NCBI GenBank assembly: GCA_041302875.1
Contig: JBFYQI010000002.1
Span: 1 to 45,722 of the forward strand
Direction of reading: 5' to 3'
Origin: Ignavibacteria bacterium
GTDB taxonomy: Bacteria; Bacteroidota; Ignavibacteria; UBA10030
DNA length: 45,722 nucleotides
Shown here: positions 34,642 to 40,784 of the stretch, piece by piece
Layout: each line of letters begins with the position of its first letter
Numbering within the stretch: the first letter of the stretch is position 1
Notes under the pieces: generated by a model
Seen by the model: the letters and a program-made list of their open reading frames with translations, nothing else
Databases searched by the model: none
What the model was told of the DNA's origin: nothing
Program-made: the position numbers and the translations under genes

Positions 34642-34749
34642 CCGGGGGTGATTCCGGGGACTTATCCGGGGACTTATCCGGGGTTTTATCCGGGGACTTA
34701 TCCGGGGACTTATCCGGGGCTTTATCCGGGGTTTTATCCGGGAACAATC
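34642..34749 (+). repeat. 12-nt tandem repeat array 2 (9 units, same unit and orientation as array 1)
   Basis: Units: ccgggggtgatt / ccggggacttat x2 / ccggggttttat / ccggggacttat x2 / ccggggctttat / ccggggttttat / ccgggaacaatc. The terminal unit (ccgggaacaatc) resembles the terminal unit of array 1 (ccgggacaatca). Confidence 0.9.
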
Positions 34750-34779
34750 CAGCGATCCTGGTAGCTCCTTCTGTCCACT

Positions 34780-36084
34780 CTACGCCACCACCGCGGATTC
34801 TTCCTCGATCTCTCGCGTCAGGGCCATGGCGGCGATGGTGCCGTCCGAAACCGCCGTGGTGATCTGCCGATATTGCTTGCTTGCCACATCCCCCACTGCG
34901 AACACGTTCTTGATGCTCGTGTGGAACTGTCGGTCCGTAACGATGTATCCCCAGCTGTCCAGTTGGAACTTGTCCTTGAACTCCTCAAGGTTCGGCTTCA
35001 TGCCGGCAAAGACGAACACGCCGTCGCAGTCGATCGTCACAAGCTCCCTCGTCTTCAGATTCTCCGCGATCACTTTCCGCACGCCCTGTCCTTCCTTCAC
35101 GAACTCGCGCGGTTCGTGCTCGAACATGAACGAGATCTTCGGGTTCGCGAACGCCTTCTCCTGCGCCGTCTTGTTCGCCTGCAGCTTGTCGAATTGATGC
35201 ACGATGGTGACGCGCTCGGCAAACTTCGTGATGAACAACGATTCCTCGATGGCCGAATTCCCGCCCCCGATCACGACGACGTGCTTTCCTTCGTAGTACT
35301 TGGCATCGCACGTCGCGCAGTACGAAACGCCCTGTCCCTTGTATTCGCGTTCCCCTTTCACTCCGATGACGCGCGGGGATGAACCGGTCGCCAAAATGAT
35401 CTTCTTCGCCTTGATCGTTTCGACTCCGTCGATCACCACCTCTCCTGCTGCGCAGTTTGTTCGCGTCACATCGACTGCCACCCGGAATTCTGCTCCTGCC
35501 GCCTTCGTCTGCTCGGACATGTGATGCATCAACATATAACCTGAGATGGGCTCTGAGAATCCGGGGTAGTTGCTGACGAGATGTGTCGTTTTCACTTGTC
35601 CGCCCGGGAGATCACGGTCGACCACGATGGTCTTTAACTTCGCCTGGGCGGTGTAGATCGCGGCGGCCAATCCAGCAGGACCGCCGCCGAGGACCAGGAC
35701 ATCGCATTCGGTCTGCGTTTGGGGGATGGAATCTCGCAACTGTGTCGCACGGTTCGGCGACAACATCGTTTCGAGATTCTCGACGATCTCGGCCCGCTTG
35801 ATGCCACCGCTTAACCGCTTCCCCGTTTCCTTGCCGTCTTTGAAGAAGATGAGCGTCGGCGAGGAAGATACTCCCAGTTTCTGAGCCAGCTCCTTGTTCC
35901 CCTGGCGAAAGATCTTCACGAATTTCACATCCTCGCCGTAGATCTCGCTCAACGGCTCGAACTTCGCCGCGAGCGCTTCGCACGGCGGGCACTCCGTGGA
36001 ATAAAAATCGAGGACGACCGACCCGTTCGTGTGCACAACGGATTCATATTCTGTCGCATTGACCTCTTGTATGTGTGTATGCAT
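34780..36084 (-). CDS. thioredoxin domain fused to a thioredoxin-disulfide reductase-like flavoprotein
   Basis: N-terminal Trx fold with the redox motif ECPPC (DFYSTECPPCEALAAKF). FAD motif VLVLGGGPAGLAAAIYTA. TrxR redox centre CATCDA. Second dinucleotide motif VVVIGGGNSAIEE. The start is ATG at 36084 (or GTG at 36087), 6 nt after the rSAM stop. Confidence 0.85.
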   Translation of the reverse strand: MHTHIQEVNATEYESVVHTNGSVVLDFYSTECPPCEALAAKFEPLSEIYGEDVKFVKIFRQGNKELAQKLGVSSSPTLIFFKDGKETGKRLSGGIKRAEIVENLETMLSPNRATQLRDSIPQTQTECDVLVLGGGPAGLAAAIYTAQAKLKTIVVDRDLPGGQVKTTHLVSNYPGFSEPISGYMLMHHMSEQTKAAGAEFRVAVDVTRTNCAAGEVVIDGVETIKAKKIILATGSSPRVIGVKGEREYKGQGVSYCATCDAKYYEGKHVVVIGGGNSAIEESLFITKFAERVTIVHQFDKLQANKTAQEKAFANPKISFMFEHEPREFVKEGQGVRKVIAENLKTRELVTIDCDGVFVFAGMKPNLEEFKDKFQLDSWGYIVTDRQFHTSIKNVFAVGDVASKQYRQITTAVSDGTIAAMALTREIEEESAVVA

Positions 36085-36090
36085 CACTTG

Positions 36091-37404
36091 CTACAACTCC
36101 TCTTTGAAATACGTTGAAATACCCATGGATACCAGTTCGTTGATCGGGCGGCAGTCGGTGCCATGAAGGTCGCCCATGGTGTTGAATGCAACCGAGGCAC
36201 ACCCTCCACCGCACGCGAGCCGGAGATTGCACTCCGCGCACCCGGAGATCGTTGTGACGTCCCGTTCCTCCCATCGTGCGATGAGTTCTTCGTTCTTCTG
36301 CACCGTCGGGTAGAACGTGCCCAATGATTCTGCCGCCTTACCCACGGTTGCCGTGCAGGAATAGATGCGTCCCGTGTAGTCGAATGCCCATTCGGTCTTC
36401 GTTCCGGGACAGGAGTCATACAAGGGACTCGGCAGCTCGCCGTTCTCGAAAAGGAACTTAGCGATCGAAAACGCGGGCTTGTGGAACTGGAGGATCTCCG
36501 GATGCTGCTGGACGAGACCATAGATCTCCTGAAACATCTCGACGCGGGAAAGGAGTTTGCTCCGGTCGGTCTGACATGTATGCAGTTCGTAGTTGCGTCC
36601 CAGCTGGGTCTTGAATTTCGGGTGTGACGTCCACCCGCGCTGGATCGCGAACGCGGCAAGCGCCGGCAATTCGCTGATGTTCTCACGGTCGATCACCACG
36701 CGCAGGTTGATCGCGATGTCGAGCGCGAGCGCTTGGTCGATGCCGTGCACGATCCGGTCGAATGTCACGCCGCCCCCCTTCAAGGGCCGACGAAGGTCAT
36801 GGACACGTGCAAGCCCGTCGAGGGTGACCTGGATCTCGCGGATCCGGTGACGCGACAACATTTCCACATAGTCCGAAAGCAGATAGCCGTTCGTCACGAT
36901 CGCCGTTTCAAGACCCGCATGGTGTGCCTTTTCGAGGAAGTACTGCACGACATCCCGATATGCCGGTCCGTCGAGCAGCGGTTCACCGCCGAACAAGGTC
37001 AGGTACTTCCGACGACCCGCGAACGTCTCATGGACGTACCGAAAGAAGCGGTCAACGAGTTCCCGCGTTGGGAGTTGATGCTCGTTGGAATATCCCTCCT
37101 GATAGCAGTAGCTGCAACCGAAGTTGCACGCATACCAGGGGACAAAGAAGACCTGGATCTCGTCGCTGTCGCGCTCGTCGAGGAAGTCCAGATACCGCTG
37201 ACGAAACAGCCGTTCGTCCTGTTCGGGATCGACGAGATACCCCTTCGCAGTATACTCATCGACATCCGTGTACTGCTCTTCACGGATCTCCCGGGCCTTC
37301 TCTGCGGTCAGGATATCCGCATTGCCTCGAAGCAGGTTCAGCAGGATGAACTTGTCCGAACCGGCGATCGGCGTGAGGATGTTATGCTTGGAGAACGTCA
37401 TCAT
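36091..37404 (-). CDS. radical SAM / SPASM-domain peptide-maturase-like enzyme (437 aa)
   Basis: Trimmed to ATGATG at 37404. CX3CX2C is at residues 93-100 (YACNFGCSYC), after a ~85-aa N-terminal extension (FILLNLLRGNADILTAEKAREI...) of the kind that forms a peptide-recognition domain in RiPP maturases. There is a complete SPASM signature: CPGTKTEWAFDYTGRIYSC (CX12GX4C) and CAECNLRLACGGGC (CX2CX5CX3C). Confidence 0.85.
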   Translation of the reverse strand: MMTFSKHNILTPIAGSDKFILLNLLRGNADILTAEKAREIREEQYTDVDEYTAKGYLVDPEQDERLFRQRYLDFLDERDSDEIQVFFVPWYACNFGCSYCYQEGYSNEHQLPTRELVDRFFRYVHETFAGRRKYLTLFGGEPLLDGPAYRDVVQYFLEKAHHAGLETAIVTNGYLLSDYVEMLSRHRIREIQVTLDGLARVHDLRRPLKGGGVTFDRIVHGIDQALALDIAINLRVVIDRENISELPALAAFAIQRGWTSHPKFKTQLGRNYELHTCQTDRSKLLSRVEMFQEIYGLVQQHPEILQFHKPAFSIAKFLFENGELPSPLYDSCPGTKTEWAFDYTGRIYSCTATVGKAAESLGTFYPTVQKNEELIARWEERDVTTISGCAECNLRLACGGGCASVAFNTMGDLHGTDCRPINELVSMGISTYFKEEL

Positions 37405-37442
37405 CTGGAAGAGAGCAAGTCCCGCACAATTCGGGGTTGGGA

Positions 37443-37538
37443 TTAGTCGTGGCAGCCTGCGACGTTCTTCGACGTCTTGGCGCAGCACTGGGCCACGGCG
37501 GTTTCGGTTTTCGTGTGCTTCTTGATGAGAGACTTCAT
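37443..37538 (-). CDS. unannotated 31-aa Cys-containing small ORF, candidate precursor peptide (MKSLIKKHTKTETAVAQCCAKTSKNVAGCHD)
   Basis: Too short for the ORF track; found by hand translation of the 164-nt gap between the methyltransferase and rSAM genes. It has the strongest SD in the window (AAAGGAGGT, 5-nt spacer, ATG). It has a Lys-rich N-terminal half and a C-terminal half with three Cys. The stop is 38 nt before the rSAM start. Confidence 0.6.
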   Translation of the reverse strand: MKSLIKKHTKTETAVAQCCAKTSKNVAGCHD

Positions 37539-37568
37539 GAATACCTCCTTTCTCACTGCACGGCTCCG

Positions 37569-38240
37569 TCAGGACCCGCAAGTGCACGAAGACTTTGTTG
37601 CTGATACGGTGAAGCTGACAACAGCGATCTTCCCCTTTTCGTACGGCCTGCTCTCTTCCATGATGGTGATATTCTTGAATCCCGCTTCGGTGAGGATCGT
37701 CAGATACTCTCCTTTCGTGATCGCTCCCGCCCAGCACTCGGCGACGGCGACCGGATCATTCGCGTACTCTTCTGGAACCGGTTCGAGCGAATAGATGTCG
37801 CTCACGACAAACCGTCCTCCCTTCCTGAGAATGCGAAAGATCTGTCTCCAGACCGCGCGTTTGTTCTTGGCATGATTGATCGTGCAATTCGAGATAACCA
37901 AGTTCGCCACGCTGTCGGCGATATTGATCTGTTCCAGTTCCGATTGGACAATCGAGACGTTGGTGTAGCCAAACTTCTCGACCTGCTTCTTCGCCTTGGC
38001 GATCATTCCGTCTGCGATATCCACGCCATAGACGTAGCCGTTCTCGCCCACTGCCTCCCGCAAACGTATCACGTCCGTGCCTTTGCCGCAGCCGAGGTCC
38101 ACACAAACCTCGCCGTTCTGAGGCTGGCTTAGGTCCAGCGCTCCGCCACATGAAAGACAGCATTCCTGTTCGGCAAGCTGGCTGTAGCGTTTCTCGATCT
38201 CTATAATATTATTGCTCATAGCATTCCGGAGTGATTCCAT
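37569..38240 (-). CDS. class I SAM-dependent methyltransferase, ArsM (arsenite methyltransferase)-like
   Basis: Start taken at ATG 38240 (MESLRNAM); the track start at 38252 is GTG. SAM motif VCVDLGCGKGTDV. The Cys pattern is ArsM-like: N-terminal CC (AEQECCLSCGGAL), ISNCTINH and VAECWAGAI. Its C-terminus is also Cys-rich (SSCTCGS). Confidence 0.7.
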   Translation of the reverse strand: MESLRNAMSNNIIEIEKRYSQLAEQECCLSCGGALDLSQPQNGEVCVDLGCGKGTDVIRLREAVGENGYVYGVDIADGMIAKAKKQVEKFGYTNVSIVQSELEQINIADSVANLVISNCTINHAKNKRAVWRQIFRILRKGGRFVVSDIYSLEPVPEEYANDPVAVAECWAGAITKGEYLTILTEAGFKNITIMEESRPYEKGKIAVVSFTVSATKSSCTCGS

Positions 38241-38286
38241 TGTGTGATGCACAAAATATGGGAAAGATTCGTGTCATTTTGGCACG

Positions 38287-38314
38287 ACTCCCGGCTTCTT
38301 AAGCTGCCGGGAGT
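38287..38314. repeat. hairpin repeat copy A (ACTCCCGGC-ttcttaagct-GCCGGGAGT)
   Basis: 9-bp perfect GC-rich stem with a 10-nt loop. It lies between the ATP-grasp stop (38336) and the methyltransferase start (38240). It is near-identical to the copies at 42666 and 40719. Confidence 0.8.
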
Positions 38315-38335
38315 GTTGTGGAGGTGATGGCATCA

Positions 38336-39436
38336 TCATTTGGCCGAATCCGGGAGTCTAACACCCCCGGAGTTGGCCAAAGCCGCAGGTTTTCTCGCCA
38401 GCGCATACTCCACGATCATCCGGAGCGTGGCAGAAAACGACAAACCCGCCTTTTCGGCAGAATCCATGAAAGAAACTCCTTCCGTTAGGTCAGGATTAGG
38501 ATTCACCTCGAGAATGTGGACCTGCCCGCAGGGCGAGACGCGAACGTCCAGACGGGCATAGTCCCGGCAACCAGTCAGTTCGTATGCCCGAAGGCAGGCC
38601 GCTTCCACCTTCTTCTGAAGACGCTTTGAGAGAGTCGCAGGACAGTGGGAGTGAACCTTGTGGTAGTTCTCGCTGAGGGGATTCCACTTCACATCGTAGC
38701 TAATGATGCGGGGTTCCTCTGGAGGAAGCTCTGAAAAGTCGTATTCAACAATCGGCAACACCCGCGGGGATTGATTGCCTAGTATCCCCACATGTAACTC
38801 CCGGCCCTCGATGTATTCCTCCACCAAGACAGGGGACCCGAATTCCTTGAACGCGTGCTCGATACGTGCCATCAACTCCTCTAGCCCGTTGACGACCGCA
38901 TCTCGGTCCACTCCCCAACTCGCATCTTCGCGACCCGGTTTCACGATCATTGGGTAATGGAGGCCGTGCCGCCGGGGAAGAATCGGAGCCGTCAACAGCC
39001 GAAATCGCGGCGTCGGAATCCCATTGGCAAGTAGGATCTGTTTGGTGAGACCTTTCCGCTGACAGAGGGCAAGCGCAAAAGGAGTTGCCCCGGTATAGGG
39101 GATGCTCATTAGGTCAAATACTCCCGCGACCATCATCTCGAGCTTCGAATCCCCGCGGAAATGCTCGACGAGATTGAAAACGACGTCTGGCTTCTCCATC
39201 TCCAGCAGACGGAGCAACCGGGTAATATCATCCTCGAGGTTTCCCAATATCGCCTCGAATCCCTCCGATTCCAGCCCCTTCGCGAGCGCCTGATATTCGT
39301 CCAAGGCGGTCGCCACGTGGATGGGATAGGTCGGAGTGAAATCAAGGTCGTCTGGACTCACAGCCCGCATTTTCTCATACTCGTCCTCTCCTGTATGGTT
39401 GAAGAGGATGAGGACTTTGGTGGGTCGGTCGGTCAT
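38336..39436 (-). CDS. D-alanine--D-alanine ligase-like ATP-grasp enzyme (366 aa)
   Basis: Trimmed to ATG at 39436 (MTDRPTKVLILFNHTGEDEYE). Ddl-like organisation: N-terminal Rossmann-like region, then ...ALCQRKGLTKQILLANGIPTPRF...YPMIVKPGREDASWGV...VLVEEYIEGRELHVGILG...ARLDVRVSPCGQVHILEVNPNPDL. Confidence 0.8.
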   Translation of the reverse strand: MTDRPTKVLILFNHTGEDEYEKMRAVSPDDLDFTPTYPIHVATALDEYQALAKGLESEGFEAILGNLEDDITRLLRLLEMEKPDVVFNLVEHFRGDSKLEMMVAGVFDLMSIPYTGATPFALALCQRKGLTKQILLANGIPTPRFRLLTAPILPRRHGLHYPMIVKPGREDASWGVDRDAVVNGLEELMARIEHAFKEFGSPVLVEEYIEGRELHVGILGNQSPRVLPIVEYDFSELPPEEPRIISYDVKWNPLSENYHKVHSHCPATLSKRLQKKVEAACLRAYELTGCRDYARLDVRVSPCGQVHILEVNPNPDLTEGVSFMDSAEKAGLSFSATLRMIVEYALARKPAALANSGGVRLPDSAK

Positions 39437-39555
39437 GGGAGGATGCTCGTTCTGTGTCAGAAATATGTCTATTTGCCGGCACAGTGGCAAGTTCTGATTG
39501 CTATTGGACCGAAGATTGGGTAGGTTATCCGTCCAAGAAATCACATCCCACTTCG

Positions 39556-40422
39556 ATGTCATTCTATCCTCAACCCGGCGAGTGGCAGTGCGGACCCTTC
39601 GCACTCAAGCACGCACTCATCATGCACGGACTCCTTGTTGCCGAAAAGGACATTGCGCGCATCGCAGGCACGCATTGGTGGAACGGCACGAACGAGATCC
39701 AGCTCGGGAAAGCGGCACGCGCATTCAACTGCGACTTTCTGATGATCCGCAAGTATGACTCCGAACACGCACGCAAGGAGTTGAACGGATTTCTGCGGGA
39801 TCGGATCCCGACGCTCCTTTGCGTCGACGAGTGGGAGCACTGGCTCGTTGTGGTGAAGCAGGAGAAAGGGAAGTACATCCTGCTCGACAGCGAAGACCCT
39901 GCAGTGCTCACGATCGTCACGTGGCCGCAACTTCGGAATCGCTGGGCGTATCATCGGCAGGATGAATATGACAAGGACACGATCCATACGGTCTACGACC
40001 TCCATCCAGTCGTTCCGCGATTCCGAGTGAAGACCCAAGCGAACGTCTCGATCGATCGCGCGCGCTATCTCCGGCGCAAGTCAAATCGGGCACTTGCACA
40101 TTCGTGGGATGAGTATCTCGAAGACCTTCTCGCCATCTGCAAAGCACGTACGCCCCTCTCGGAAAACGTTTTTTCGCTCGGAGAGTTCTTCCGTCGCCAC
40201 GAGGAGATGATCCTGGATCAAATCGACTATTGGCACGGAAAGCTCAACCGAAGAGAAGCGTCGGTCATCCTCCGCAATATGCATCTCGTTGCCGACACCT
40301 ACGGACTCGTGATCCACCAGGAAGATGAGAAACGCGCGATCGCGGGCATCGCAACGCTGCTGACCATCTGGGCAGCAGGGAAATACGGTGCGTCCTCGAT
40401 CTATGACGGCGAACGGAAGTAG
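39556..40422 (+). CDS. stand-alone papain-fold cysteine peptidase (C39-like) with C-terminal helical domain
   Basis: Trimmed to ATG at 39556 (MSFYPQPGEWQCGPFALKHALIMHG). Candidate catalytic Cys in QCGPFAL, His in DEWEHWLVVV and Asp in ILLDSEDP. Order and spacing match C39 bacteriocin-processing domains. There is no fused ABC transporter. Confidence 0.55.
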   Translation: MSFYPQPGEWQCGPFALKHALIMHGLLVAEKDIARIAGTHWWNGTNEIQLGKAARAFNCDFLMIRKYDSEHARKELNGFLRDRIPTLLCVDEWEHWLVVVKQEKGKYILLDSEDPAVLTIVTWPQLRNRWAYHRQDEYDKDTIHTVYDLHPVVPRFRVKTQANVSIDRARYLRRKSNRALAHSWDEYLEDLLAICKARTPLSENVFSLGEFFRRHEEMILDQIDYWHGKLNRREASVILRNMHLVADTYGLVIHQEDEKRAIAGIATLLTIWAAGKYGASSIYDGERK

Positions 40423-40437
40423 TCCGCGTTGGATTCC

Positions 40438-40689
40438 ATGGTCGTGGCGAAGGAGGTCGTGGGCGAAGGGATGGAGAAGACGAAACAGGGGCGATCCGTG
40501 ATGGAACAGATCGTCACCTTGACCAATCGTGCGAAGGATATGGTAACGCAGATCGCCCGGGCAGCCGAGGATCTCAACAGACTTACGGAACATCTGCAAC
40601 ACGTTGGAATCAACGCATCGACCGCATCCGGCGACTCAATGCAGCCGAAGATGCAACATCGGACAGCGCGCAAATCACTGCACGTATGA
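40438..40689 (+). CDS. possible small helical protein (83 aa)
   Basis: ORF directly after the peptidase gene (track start is TTG at 40429; first ATG is at 40438). It is predicted helical (MEQIVTLTNRAKDMVTQIARAAEDLNRLTEHLQ). Hairpin repeat copy C follows ~30 nt later. I recognise no motif. Confidence 0.3.
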   Translation: MVVAKEVVGEGMEKTKQGRSVMEQIVTLTNRAKDMVTQIARAAEDLNRLTEHLQHVGINASTASGDSMQPKMQHRTARKSLHV

Positions 40690-40718
40690 CGTCGTCGTTA
40701 AGGATGCGTTCTCGACCC

Positions 40719-40745
40719 CCCCCTGGCTTCTTAACCAGCCGGGAG
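40719..40745. repeat. hairpin repeat copy C (diverged: CCCCTGGC-ttcttaac-CAGCCGGGAGT)
   Basis: Aligns with copies A and B across ~27 nt, with two substitutions. Those substitutions (C>T, T>A) can pair with each other in an alternative CTGG/CCAG register. It lies between convergent gene ends (40689 and 40785). Confidence 0.7.
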
Positions 40746-40784
40746 TCACGCTGCACTCCTCGTCCCCCCGCCGGAACTTCTGCA

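Noticed and set aside
33863-34749. Possibility that the two repeat arrays are a CRISPR array or an origin of replication (the TTATCC in each unit resembles the first 6 nt of a DnaA box)
   Set aside because: The repeats are directly tandem with no spacers and are only 12 nt long, so they are not CRISPR. The DnaA 9-mer TTATCCACA is matched only in TTATCC. No dnaA, dnaN or AT-rich unwinding element is nearby.
34593-34862. ORF encoding GDLSGDLSGVLSGDLSGDLSGALSGVLSG
   Set aside because: This is simply the translation of the 12-nt tandem repeat array. It has no SD or plausible start and runs antisense into the end of the TrxR gene. The same logic applies to ORF 33830..34054 across array 1.
38280-38294. 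TGGCAC next to hairpin copy A, as a sigma-54 promoter
   Set aside because: It is on the plus strand, where no gene follows. The -12 position reads CCGG, which is part of the hairpin stem.
39470-39500. TGGCAAGTTCTGATTGCT in the ATP-grasp/peptidase divergent region, as a sigma-54 promoter
   Set aside because: The GG-to-GC spacing is two nucleotides too long for the strict -24/-12 geometry.
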